DNA of 63,387 bases, filler included, from Folioceros fuciformis (Eukaryota), in NCBI GenBank assembly GCA_049999805.1. It is 12 parts of 12 records of this genome, joined end to end, with 100 filler letters (N's around TTAATTAATTAA, not from the genome) between each part and the next. Parts side by side here need not be neighbours in the genome. Positions count along the whole stretch, not along the records: positions 19,781 to 23,702 come from JBNGIO010001836.1; positions 23,803 to 29,286 come from JBNGIO010001839.1; positions 29,387 to 31,587 come from JBNGIO010001840.1; positions 31,688 to 34,290 come from JBNGIO010001841.1; 8 more parts are not named here. One strand, 5' to 3'. Below are positions 22,274 through 34,390 of the stretch, one piece after another. A model generated the notes under the pieces. That model worked only from the letters and a program-made list of their open reading frames with translations, made no database searches and was not told where the DNA came from. The translations under genes and the position numbers were made by a program. Position 1 is the first letter of the stretch; each line of letters starts with the position of its first letter.

Positions 22274-23447
22274 CTATAAATGATGCACGAGCCATAAAGA
22301 CTATTCCATCGACTTAGAAGTTAGGGAGTGCATCTATCATAGAGAACCAACATTTGTGAATATATATCTTCAACCTACTCCAAAGATGAAGAGGAACAAT
22401 AGAGGAAGGGCTAAAGGCTAAAAGGGTACTAGCCCTTCCAACATCATTCTCAAAACTACTTACTACTCCTAAAATGTCGTGATATAAAATAAGGAAAAGC
22501 CTGGTAGTGGGGGCTGACGAAGTTTTATGTGAAAACTATAGAACAATAAATATAATTGCATGCGACAAGTGTTACACGCAGGAACACAAGACAACACAAC
22601 GCACGGGCGTTGCAAAACGGAACGTGTGACGGTCGTGCGAGGAGTGGGGAGTAGCGCGGCCCACGAGGAGTCCGCTGGCTGTGGTGCACATTTTGGGCAT
22701 TGGCCTTCGCACTTTGGCCGGGCTCCGGGGCGTGACTCACGGACGCCAAGCGAAGGGCAGATAAGCGGAGTCACATTTGCCGGCGTGTAAACTAGTCGGT
22801 GGAGGCTTAGGCTTAGTCGCTAATACATTGGTGCAAACAAAAAAACTGGAGCCGCAAAAGTGGGCAGCCACAAGTGTCGGCTACAGATGGCATGGACTTT
22901 GTACATGGTAGGCCAGGTGTGGGCTAGGCCATTCCCCGGTTCCGGTGACAGCCAGCCCATCGCAGGCTCTGCAGGGCCAGGCCAGGCCAGGCCAGCCCAG
23001 CCCCCGTCCAGTCGTGAGCCTGTCGCCCCACGCGCTGCAGCCAGGCCCGGGAGGGGCGCGCTGGTTGGCGTCTTCTCACCTCCTGTGTCATCAGTCGAAT
23101 GATGCACCGCAGCCGCCTGGTGGCGTGCAGGATCGAGTGAAGCGACGCACTGCCGTTGTCTGGCTGCTTGGCTTGGCGCGTTGCCGGGCTTTGCGGCTGC
23201 AGGTGTTGTCGTGAAATTTGTTCGTTTTAGTGCTGTCCTGTGCGTGCATGCGTGCGGTGTTGGTGAAGCTGGGATTGGGATTTGGATCGGGATCGGGAGG
23301 AAGGGGGAATGTCTGATCGGCAGAGGGGAGCTGGATCGAGCGAAGAGGGAGCTGGTACTGGTTTTGATCGGAAGGCGGCAGCTGCGCGTCCGGTAGGGCT
23401 GCTCTGTGGAGCGGCTTGATGGTACATTGGTGGTGAGGACTGGGAGG

Positions 23448-23702
23448 ATGATGGACAAGTGTTGCAAGATGAGGTCGGTTTTGCATCGGGCGATCCTGTT
23501 GTTCGTCTTGGTTTCCAGTTTGTCGTGCCTTGTGAGCGGGCGGAAGCACGGTCCGCGTCACGTCGCGGTGGTAGAACGGGGAGGAGGTGTGGAGGTGGAC
23601 GGGTTTAGAGGTGTTGGCAGCGTCGATCGGCTGCTTTTGCGGTTGGAGGGGCGAGTGAGAGGCAGATTCTTGCTGGAGGATGAGAATTCTTCTGGCGAGC
23701 GG
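23448..23702 (+). CDS. 5' end of a probable secreted or membrane protein gene (truncated by linker)
   Basis: ATG followed by signal-peptide-like RAILLFVLVSSLSCLVSG and 'RGRFLLEDENSS'; preceded by a GC-rich promoter/5'UTR-like region. Confidence 0.45.
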
Positions 23703-23802
23703 NNNNNNNNNNNNNNNNNNNNNNNNNNNNNNNNNNNNNNNNNNNNTTAATTAATTAANNNNNNNNNNNNNNNNNNNNNNNNNNNNNNNNNNNNNNNNNN
23801 NN

Positions 23803-24855
23803 CCTGGAAGGAGCGTGTAGGCAAGGCCTTGAGCTCCCCGTCCTTTGGCATCCAGTAGAAATAAGTCTCACCCACTTTTATTTTTCATTTGCGTGTTGTT
23901 TGCACCAACGCACCCTGAGAAGAAAGCGTACTGCACCTTGCTTGCCCATTGTTGTGCTCCTGGGTTAGTCTTCCAAGACCTCTTAGGAGCACCTTTAAAA
24001 CCAAGCAGCGGGCCTGAAGGCATCGTCTCAGCTTTGTCACTCCCGCTTCCTTTTCCGGCCCAAAGAGGGCAAGTCCACTTAAGATGGTTTTGCACACCAC
24101 ACATTCCGCACTTGATAGGTAGATCGGGATAATCAAAGAGCTGAGTGAAGCTTTTAGAGGGATCTTCTAGATCACGGACGACAACACCTTCCGGCAAAGC
24201 AAGAAGGCTATCCACTCTTACACCAAAACGTGGTGGCTTGCTGCTATTGCAGAACTGAGAATCCACCTTAGGAACTTCCACCACCCTGCCAATAGTCTCC
24301 AACATCTGGTAGATCAGTGGGACGAGTTGAACATGCAAGGCTGGGAGACTGATCCACAAAAAGTGCCACTTGATTTTAGTTTGCATGATCGTACTCCCAG
24401 GAGACCAGGCCTCCACCAACACCAGGATAGATCCTCGAAATGACATTGTTGTTTGCAAGAGAGCGTGGGCTCCAGCTGCCTCGTCACACTTAATCTGGAA
24501 AGAACCATCTGCTTTCAAGAAGACATACGTTGGGGGCAGCCCTTAACTTGTGCCACCCAGTCCTCCAATTCCTCCACGGTAGGAGGACCTCCCGATAGAA
24601 GCCGCCCCACGACCGAACTGATAGCAAGATTGTCTTCCTCTTTTGAAAATAGCGCGCTTCTGTGAGAATGTCCGCCAGAGGTTCGAGCTGTAACCCTGTG
24701 CCCTCTTTTGCTGAACCCGACGCATAATCTTGAGAAGAGTCCGCCCGTACCTGATCCTGCGCATAGTCCACCTCAGGTATGCGTACCTGCGAGTCATCCT
24801 CTGTCGCTGCTTTTGTCCGGCCAGTGTCAGGAGGATTAGATTCCGTCGCCGCCAT
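23803..24855 (-). mobile_element. L1-type LINE ORF1 (DUF4283-like domain plus CCHC zinc knuckle), frameshifted
   Basis: LVEAWSP..LWISLPALHVQL..IGRVVEV..PRFGVRVD..YPDLPIKCGMCGVQNHLKWTCP. Confidence 0.8.
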
Positions 24856-25029
24856 GTTTCTGCCCCGCACCTTCTGTTTATTAGTACACAAATCGACCAC
24901 TGCCGCCCATGTGCCAACTGTTGAGCCCCCCCGTGGGGGCTCATCGCCTCCATAGAGCCACCACGCTAGCCCCTGCCCGTTGCCTCCTCCATTGTTACCG
25001 CCTGCTTCAAGAGCTCATCGGTTTTTCGA

Positions 25030-27791
25030 CATTTACTTGGACATTGTCGAAGTTGGTCCACTTCAACGTGAAAGACAAGACCACAAGTTTTGAGCTATGG
25101 CAGAAGTTGTGTGACCTGTATGAGAAGCAAAGTGTGGCTTCTCAGGTGTAATGGTCAAAACAGCTGGTGGACTTGAAGATGAAGGAAGGGACGAGGATGT
25201 CCGATCATCTGAATGAGTTCAACACCATTTTCAACCAACTCTCATCTCAAGGTATCTCGCTCCTAGATTCCGTGAGAGCTATGCTACTATTGGTCACATT
25301 ACCAGAGAGTTGGGACACCTTTCGTATAGCTTTGAGTAATTCCGCTCCTACCAGTGGTCTCACCATTGTAAATGTAGAAGGTAGCCTATTAACATAAGAG
25401 GTGAACAGGAAGAATATGGAACCTTCGAAAGGTTCCAATGCCCTCATGGTGAGAGGAAGGTCCACTTCAAAGGGGAAGCAAAAGGAACGAAGCCTTTTCC
25501 GTAGCAAATCTCGTAGTCGTAACAATGTTGAGTGTTATCATTGTCACAAAAAGGGTCACATCAGAAGGGAATGCGAGAAGTTCAAGAAGGACAAAGCAAA
25601 GGAGAAGAAGCAGAACGACAACAAGGCAAGTCTGAGTATCAAGTCTGACAAGGTGAATTCTATTGATGATGGAGATGTTCTTATCTCTTCTTCCTTAGAT
25701 CCTGCGCAATTGACAGCCGTGGATAGTCACTTATTCTCTAATTGGATAATTGACTTTGGAGCATCTTTCCATGTTACTCCGCATAGAGAGTGGTTTAGCA
25801 CCTATGATGCTACTAGGAAAGGATGTGTTTGGCTTGGAAATAACTACGCATGCGAGATTGCAGGCATTGATGATGTGCAACTAAGATTTGACAACGGATC
25901 TTAATTCATATTGAAGGATGTTAGGCATGTTTTGAAGTTGACAGAAAGCATGATTAGCGCAAGGCAGTTGGATGACGCTGGCTACCACTGTTGGTTTGGG
26001 GATCATTCTTGGAAGATCTCCAAAGGTTCTCTTCTGTTAGCTCGTGGATCGAAGTGTGGCACCTTGTACTCACTTCAGGTAACCATTGTCAAGGATAATG
26101 TGATTTGTGTAACGGAACAGCCAAATGTTTCCTTGTAGCATTGTCGATTAGGACATATGTCTAAAAAAGGAATGAAGATCTTATCTCGTTTCGGTTTAGG
26201 GTTCGGTCCCCGCTTTTGACTTCTCCAATTTCTTCGTGTGTGAGCATTGTTTGTATGGGAACAGACAAAATCACGACATGGAGCAAGAGGTAAACACAAA
26301 AGTAAACCTCTTGAATTGGTTCACAGTGACGTTTGTGGACCTATGCCCCCTGTATCATTAGGCGGTGCATCCTATTTTGTCACTTTCATAGATGATTTCT
26401 CACGTAAGGTGTGGGTTTATCCTTTGAGGAAAAAGGACAATGTTCTGACAGTGTTTCAAAAATTCGTCACCCTTGTGGAGAATTAGTCTAGCCGCTGACT
26501 AAAGTGTCTAAGGACAGACAATGGTGGAGAGTGTGTTTCAAAGGCTTTCTAGTCATTCTGTGATTCCAAGGGAATCAAGAGAAAATTGACTGCCCCATAT
26601 ACTCCTTCCCACAATGGTGTGGTTGAACAAATGAATAGGACCATCCAGGAGAGGATGCGTAGTTTGTTATCAAACTCTGGATTGCCTAATGGATTTTGGG
26701 CAGAAGCGGTGTCTACTGCAGTGCATCTTATTAACAAATCTTCTAGTAAGTCTGTGGATGAGCAGGTTCCAGAGGAGTTGTGGTCTGGATAGAAGCCGTC
26801 TTACAAGCATCTATGAGTGTTTAGCTACGAGGCATACTACCATGTTCCAAAGGAGTTTTAGAAAAAGTTGGCACCCAAGTCGGAGGTATGACGGGAGGTC
26901 CTTCAAGAAGATGGACTTGACCGTCACGCACAGGTTGAAAGTCGTGATGTGCACGAACCTGTTCCTCCACTTGTAGAAGAAGAGAGAGTGCAACTAGCTC
27001 CGGTCGAGGCGCCTGTGCTTTGTAGGTCAGGAAGGATTTCACATCCTCCTGACAGGTATGTTGCATCTCTTGATTATGTCATGCTGACGGATTATGGGGA
27101 GCCCTCTTGTTACAAAGAGGCCATGTCAGTGGCTAACAAGGACAAGTGGGAGAAGTCGATGCAGTCGTAGATGGATTCACTCCGTAAGAACCAAACTTGG
27201 GAGGTGGATTGGTTGCCTAGGGATAAGAAGGCATTGCCATGCAAATGGGTGTATACGATGAAGATCATACCCCATGATGGCCAACCCAAGTACAAGGCAC
27301 AATTGGGTTCTAAGGGTTTTAAGCAACAGCAAGGTATTGACTTTGATGAGATTTTCTCACCAGTTGTCAAAATGACCACTTTGCGATGTGTTCTTGCTCT
27401 AGTTGCAAGGAATGACATGGACCTTGTCCAGATGGATGTGAAGTCGGCATTTCTGCATGGTGATCTCCGAGAAGAGGTATACATGCAGCAACCAGAGGGT
27501 TTCATTGAGAAGGGCGAGAGAATCTGGTGTGCAGGTTAAAGAAGAGCCTTTATGGTTTGAAACAGGCACCCAGAGAGTGGTATTACAAGTTCCACTCATT
27601 TATGCTTTCTCAAGGCTACAAACGTAGCGATGAGGATCATTGCCTCTATACGAAGCAAGCTAAGGATGGAAGCTTGCTCATTTTGGTCCTCTATGTGGAT
27701 GATATGCTAATTGCTGGAAACAGCAGTGATGAGATTTCAGTGTTGAAGTCAAAGTTGAATGCTCACTTTGACATGATAGACTTAAGAGAGA
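25030..27791 (+). mobile_element. Degenerate Ty1/Copia gag-pol, copy A
   Basis: Gag (DLKMKEG..HLNEFN..LPESW), CYHCHKKGHIRREC, WIIDFGASFHV, LELVHSDVCGP, integrase, RT (MDVKSAFLHG, LYVDDMLI). Closely similar to 34391-37995; cut at 27791 by an LTR insertion. Confidence 0.95.
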
Positions 27792-28887
27792 TGTGGAGTG
27801 GTTTCTTGCACCCAAGAACCACCAAAGGGCCACACCTCCCCTTATTGTCTTTGCAGTCTTTTGATTCGCTCCCAAGGGAGTGAACTAGTGTCAAGGAACA
27901 CCTATAGCTATCTACTCACACTTCTACCTATTAGCCGGTCTATAGGCCTGACCACACACACACAACAAAGAGGCCAGAAGCCTAGCCTATCTTCAAATCA
28001 GCTCACACAACTCACACTCTAGATCTTCAGTCCTTCAGCTCTTCATGATTCCCACTTCAGTCCTTCCTTCTTCACTTCAGCCCTTCAACCTTTACTTCAG
28101 CACACATTCTTCACTTCTATGCACTTCACTCCAACTCTTCCTCTCTTTGCTTCAGCTATCCCCCGGAAATTGGGATACAATGGCTTCACTCCTTGCAGCC
28201 TTCAAGTGCAGTGTGGATACTAGGACTAGATAGCCCTCCTGGCTCACGGTCCTATCACTTCACTTCAGCCAGCCTGCGAATCATTCAGCCCTTGCGGATC
28301 TAGCCACATGGATCTTGGCAGTCTTGGGATCCTCCACATTCCCCTAGTGGAGGGAAATCAAGACCTTGGTTCAGTCTCAACCGGCTCAGCGCCCTAAGCC
28401 AAGAGTTCTGCACACAAGGTCCAGGGAAATCGCATCGTAGACAGCCCTCTCAATTGCAGGTCTCCCCCCTCTTATACTGCCTAGCCCTCCACCTCTGTCT
28501 ACTAGGGTTAACCTGAGTCAACTACCTAACCATCTCTCTCTCTGACCTAAACCACCCTACACCCAGTTCTGACCTAAACCTGACCTAGACCTAACCTGAC
28601 CTAGGTCTAACCTAGACCTAATCCGACCTAGGTCTGACCTAGACCTAACCCGACCTAGGTCTGGCCTAGACCTAACCTAACCTGACCTAGGTCTGGCCTA
28701 AACCTAACCTGACCTAGGTCTGGCCTAGACCTAACATGACCTAGGTCTAACCTAGATCTAACCTAGGACCCTAACTCTAGCCTACCCCTGCTTCTAATTG
28801 CCCGTTACCCCTTGGCACCATTAGCTGCCCTCTACCCAAAATTATTAGCCCCTCACATCTAGCCAAAATCAGGGGTGCTTCTCAACA
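27792..28887 (-). mobile_element. 3' LTR (~1.1 kb) of an LTR retrotransposon nested in Copia A; PPT at 28888-28904, internal region continues to the linker
   Basis: Termini TGTGGAG...CTCAACA, with adjacent minus-strand polypurine tract GGGAGAGGGGTGAGGGG. A homologous LTR end occurs at 63036-63120. Confidence 0.75.
28570..28770. repeat. Degenerate ~26-bp tandem repeats containing the palindrome GACCTAGGTC, inside the LTR
   Basis: Repeated GACCTAGGTCT(G/A)(G/A)CCTAGACCTAACCT units. Confidence 0.85.
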
Positions 28888-31454
28888 CCCCTCACCCCTC
28901 TCCCAGATCAGCTCATCCTGCATTCTTCGGAGTCTTCCTACTTCAAGCCCTTCCCTCCATCCTGCCAGTTAAAATTCATGCCGCGGCAAATCACCATCTA
29001 GCACCCTAGAGGTGCACCTTGCAAGGTGGAGATGACATTCCACTATTCCTGTCAACATAATCATCACTGGGCTTCCCACCACTAGTAGCACCCCTATGCT
29101 ACAACCTTCGGCCTACAAGCAACTAGGGTTGCTACTAATGGATGGAATACCATGTGCCACTTATGTCCTTGGCTGGCCACCTTCCAAGCTACTGGACTGG
29201 TCTGCTGGACTAATGCCCTTGAGCAGATGACCCCATGGTGTTGCGTCCTGGAATGGCAAACATCACCCATCATCGCCGTAATTAGCNNNNNNNNNNNNNN
29301 NNNNNNNNNNNNNNNNNNNNNNNNNNNNNNTTAATTAATTAANNNNNNNNNNNNNNNNNNNNNNNNNNNNNNNNNNNNNNNNNNNNCGTGAGGTGAGGTA
29401 AGGTGAGGCTGGTGTGGGGCCTACTCGGCCCAGAAGCAGGGGGCCCGGCCCCGGCCCCGGCCCCCCCGAGGCCTCCTGATATGGGACAACGCACCTGACT
29501 TGTCCGCCCCCGGGGGGCTCAACCTCTCAAGCATCGAGCGGGGGACCACCCACGGGCCCCGCCTCATGGTGGGGCCCACCCGGCTCCCCGCAGTCCAGTG
29601 CCACTGGCAGCAGTGCAGTGCAGTGCAGTGCAGTGCCCAATGGCGCCATGCCGACGCTGATCGGGTCGTGAATGAATGAATCTACATGTCACACTCTATG
29701 TATGGTATGGTATGCTCTGCTATGGTATCTACCTACTGTATGTTCCAAACCCAACACAACAAAGCAGGGGGAAGATGGAGAAGCTTGAAGGCAAGGACAA
29801 GAAGGGGGAAGAGAGGAGCGCGATGAAGGGAAGGAAAGGAAAGGAAAGGAAGGAAGCGGACGCAAAGGCAAAGGCAAAGGCAAAGGCAAAGGCAAAGGAA
29901 AGGAAATGAGAGGACAAAGGCGTTGGAACTGGGCAGCACAATGATGGGCGCAGTCGGGGCGTGTTGCGCGCCCCGGCCCCCCTCTATCATTTCATTTCCT
30001 GCCTTCACGCTCGTCTCTTTTCGGGAAATAACACAAACTGGAAAAATATGAGTAATGTATGTATGTACAGAATGTGGAGTTGGGGTACAAGAAGAGCGGA
30101 GGAGGAGGAAGGGGGGGGACAGGGGAATCGAAGATGCGCTTGCCTTTACCGTCTCCAGATTTGCGCATGTTCTCTCCGTACACCGCCGAGCCCTGCCCTC
30201 CCCTGCCAAGATGCTCTTCTTTGGCCTTTACCTACCCAACTGCGTTCCTGCCTTCTCACGGGACGCTCCCCGGACCCACGCCTTCTGATGGATGCTGCTC
30301 CTTCCTTCTCCTGCTCCTCCTCCCTGCTGCTTCTGCTTCTCCGTCTCCTTCTCCTCCTCCTACTCCTCCTCCCCCTCTGCCTCCCTCTGACTCCCCCGTG
30401 CTTCACCCAAAATTCCCTGCCCACCCAGCCTTCTCTCTCTCTCTCTCTCTGCCCCGCATGGGGCTGTGGCCTGCACACCCGATAACCGCACCCGCCTATC
30501 CATCCCTCGACGTCGCGTCGCCCCCTACGCCCAAATCAGCACGCAATAGATTAATGCATCCCTTTTGAACTTGGGATAAGATATTCTATGTGGTGCTACC
30601 CACCCAACTTCACTCACAATCGTAAACAGTCCTGTCATCTTCCTGCCCAGCTTCCAGGGAAACATCTCAGGGGTGGTAACCGTATTTGGCGAACGGAATA
30701 TTCACATAACGATGGATTTTGATCGTGGGATGTCTCAGTTGTTCCGTATTATAACCCAGCAGGAACACAGGCTGCCCAGCACTGCCAGGTCACATATTCT
30801 TCAACTCCCTTCCACAAAGCTAGAATAATGCAGCTGCAACCTAGAATGCATGAATGTATGTATGTGTTCCCAATAAACGAGGTTCCACCCTGCCTACTGC
30901 ATATAAAAAACAGTTCCACCTTATCCCCACCGCCTCATGCTTGGGAGTGAGTGGTTGACAGATTGCGCTTGGGAGACGCGGTGCAGCATCTGCATTGCTA
31001 ATTTCCCCTTGTCAGCCTCCTTTCTGGACCTTTCTCTTAAAGTTGTGCTCTCAGCTTTCGTAGCAATGATTTTTCAATCTCCTTTTCACCAAAGGTTGAA
31101 GCTTCACCATCTCCCGTCCTCGGAGCATATCGAAAGCTGGAATATTATTGCATATGCAATCTTTGGGTGGAATACATTATGGCGTATAAAAGAATTCCGT
31201 TTTGTGCTCCCCCTCCCTTGGGATGTGTACTTTTGATGCGCCTTGTTCACGCGCCCTTCGTACTTTTGGAGCATTTTGAAGCCTTTTCCAAGCACACGAT
31301 GCAGAGATATACTATCACTCGAGTCGCCTTCCTGCGAGCGAAAGCGTTCGGTCTTGTGCATCTTGTTCCCCCGCCTTTGTACTTTTGTGCGCCTTGTTCA
31401 CGCGGCCTTTGTACTTTACTAGCATTTTTCTGGACAGCAGCTCTCTTCTCTTGA

Positions 31455-31587
31455 GTAAGAGAAGAAGAGAAGAGAAGAGAAGAGAAGAGAAGAGAAGCGA
31501 AGAGAAGCGAAGAGAAGCGAAGAGAAGCGAAGAGAAGCGAAGAGAAGCGAAGAGAAGCGAAGAGAAGCGAAGAGAAGCGAAGAGAAG
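31455..31587. repeat. (AGAAG)n/(AGAGAAGCGA)n microsatellite at contig end
   Basis: Read directly; the contig also has (CAGTG)n, (GGCAAA)n and (CT)n tracts. Confidence 0.95.
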
Positions 31588-32861
31588 NNNNNNNNNNNNN
31601 NNNNNNNNNNNNNNNNNNNNNNNNNNNNNNNTTAATTAATTAANNNNNNNNNNNNNNNNNNNNNNNNNNNNNNNNNNNNNNNNNNNNTGGGGCATCTGCC
31701 AGCCTGCCTGGCCCTGGCCCTGGCCCGGCCCCGTCTTGTGGTGTATATATGTACTGGCAGTCTGGTGGTGATGAATCAGAGATGATGATTCCTGTCCAGA
31801 GTTGGTTGCGTGCAGACTGCAGCCTGCAGCCTGCAGACGCCAGTGCCAGGGATGCCAGGCCGCCAGGCCGACAAGCTACTAGCGGAACGGGAGCCACTGT
31901 TCGGAACGGATCTGTGGCGTCTGACCTAACGGAACCCACTTGATGCAGCGGCTGCTGCTGCCTGCTCCTGCAGCGGGGCCCCCGGGTACGGGTGCTCTGT
32001 GCCGACTCCCACTTCCTGCTGCCCAGGCCCAGGTCCTGTCCCAGCCCCGACTCCCGACTCACAGGCCCAGTCCGTTGCCGAGGGGGAAGTAAATGACATT
32101 CATTGTCGTCAAACGTTCGGCACAGGGAAAGCGGGGTGCGCTTACCTCAGATCTCAGCTGGGCTGTCGTCATCGGCACACACTCCTCTCGATGTCATGTG
32201 ACTCTACACATCGTCTGGATTCCCTCGCCAGTCCAGTTTTGCCGTGTTTCATGTCAGTGTCCCTTCGATATTAGAGTACCTGGCGGGATCCCATCTCCCT
32301 TCAGAGTTCAGACTCAGGATGACGCGCAATTTCATCCCGCCCCTTTCAAGGCCCCTCCCAAACCAAACACAGCTGTGACAAGCTTGCCTTTTAGAACTCC
32401 GCTCCTTCCGGCCGGCCGGGTTACACACTTGCGTTATGGAGGTCGCTCCTTCCGGCCGGCCGGGTTACACACTTGCGTTATGGAGGTCGTGTGTGCTGTA
32501 CTGTCTCTGGCTCACCTGGTTTGGAATCGGCCCAGGTACCCTAAAGCACCTGACATCTCACAGCTTGTGCACGTACACTCCCCACTCTCGTCTCACACAC
32601 CCTTCTCCCCTGAGTTGGTCATAGGATTGTGTAGGATCTCCAGCACATTGGTCTGGCTATTTGTGTTTGATTATTTAATCATACTCACATTCTTTAGTAA
32701 TAAATATTGGTTCCAGTTAACACACCTTCACGTCATGTTCCAGAATGACGTCAATAGTCCTATATATAGCATTTAGCAGCAATTACTATAACCCTCTTCC
32801 TGCCATAAGTCTCTTATGTTTAGTGTACACAAACTGGTATAGGGTGTACCCAAACTGGTAT

Positions 32862-33056
32862 AGGGTTTAGGGCAGAGAGCTCAAGGAAGGTCTCTTCCTC
32901 TTCCTCTCCTCTCCTTCCTTGAGGAGCGGAGGGTTTAGGGCAGAGAGCTCAAGGAAGCTCTCTGCCTCTTCCTCTCCTCTCCTTCCTTGAGGAGCGGAGC
33001 GGTCCACTGCCTCTTCCTCTCCTCTCCTTCCTTGAGGAGCGGAGCGGTCCACTGCC
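32862..33056. repeat. Short tandem duplications with telo-box AGGGTTTAGGG and CTCTTCCTCTCCTCTCCTTCCTTGAGGAGCGGAG units
   Basis: Three copies of the CT-rich unit, two preceded by AGGGTTTAGGGCAGAGAGCTCAAGGAAG. A separate 44-bp duplication lies at ~32402-32489. Confidence 0.8.
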
Positions 33057-34390
33057 CCCCTCTTGGGGTGGACGCCATGCGTGTAAGAGACATGGAAAAA
33101 AAAAAAAAAAGAAGAAGAGGGGAGACATTCTTCTTGAAACGTGTGTTGTTTTGTTGTATTATGTTGAGACAACAGTTTTGTATGATTTGACTCCCAGGTA
33201 GCCGATGCCCGCAGAAAGCTCTAATGGATTTGCAGTGGCACGCTTGAACTCCCCCCGGGCTGTCGCTCCGCAGCTCGGAAAACCCGAAGGGGCGCGCGAA
33301 GACATAACTCCACCAGTACAGCAATTAATCCCAACCATCATCAGCGCGTGCTAAATGGCAGGCCGAGCGCTCCTTTTCTGCATGTAGGCAAAGCTTCCGG
33401 TTCCGCTTCCGCATGCGCAGGAACTTGAAGCCGGCACACAGGCCAGAGGCAGAGCCAGAGCAGAGCCAGATCAGAGCCAGAGTGCAGAGCCAGAGTGCAG
33501 AGATCTCTTGGTGTAAGAGATCCATAGTTGAAGCAACCCGTCCCCGGGTCCTGTGCCGCATGGCTCCCTCCCCTGCCATGTCGGCCCGTCGGGAGATACA
33601 CATTGTGCTTTCAGATGCTGCCGCTGCTGCTGTACTGGCCACTCGGGCTTCCGAAAAACCTATATTCTATTGCCCTCGCCAATGTCCTCTCACTCCACAT
33701 AACTCCCTACATGAATGAAATGCCGGCCGGTTTCGCCGCCATGGTTTCGCCGCCATGGTTTCGCCTCCCTTCCCGGGCCCAGCCCGCGCAAGATAGACAC
33801 AGACGACTGCTGTAGACTCACACACCACGCTAGTAACAAAAGCTTGGGTGCGGGCAGGGGAGGCGAAGCGAGGGTGACATTGGCTGCCGCCCGCCAATCC
33901 CCGTCCAAAACCCTGGCTTCCTCCATCCTCCAACTTGGAGTCTCGCTCCCCTCTCTTCTGCCTGCCTCTTCCGCCTTGCTCTGATTCCCGATTTCTGCGC
34001 TACGTTGTGCGCCGTTGCCGCAATCTCGCTCCGGTACTGGGTTTCTTCGTCTACTGCTGCCGTCGATTCCTCCCGCGCAGCCCGCCCTCCGCTTGTCGAT
34101 CTTTTGCGGGGCTCTGTCTGGGCATCCGTTGCTGCAGCTCCGGGCGGACGGGCGCTGTTTCGCCTGCTCCAGAGGGTGCTGCAATTCTTTTGGCTCCCCC
34201 TCAATTGAACGTGAACCCGTATTGTCGTGCCGGCTACCTTCTTTGTAGCGGTGTCGTGGATTTGCAACGTGCCGATTTGTAGGTCAGAATNNNNNNNNNN
34301 NNNNNNNNNNNNNNNNNNNNNNNNNNNNNNNNNNTTAATTAATTAANNNNNNNNNNNNNNNNNNNNNNNNNNNNNNNNNNNNNNNNNNNN

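Noticed and set aside
22820-23561. Minus-strand ORFs of 215 and 156 aa
   Set aside because: GC-rich promoter/UTR-like sequence with low-complexity translation; the plus-strand signal-peptide ORF is the better candidate.
29676-30568. Several overlapping low-complexity ORFs
   Set aside because: Produced by microsatellites and CT/GA tracts; no domain evidence.
32862-32945. AGGGTTTAGGG as a telomere or telomerase RNA template
   Set aside because: Only ~1.5 telomeric units inside a local duplication, with no Pol III USE/TATA arrangement seen; consistent with telo-boxes.
33300-33345. Minus-strand CTGATGA (hammerhead or C/D box) and LLYWWSYVF (bZIP uORF-like)
   Set aside because: No GAAA core or stems and no D box nearby; the peptide is preceded by an in-frame stop and lacks the rest of the conserved uORF.
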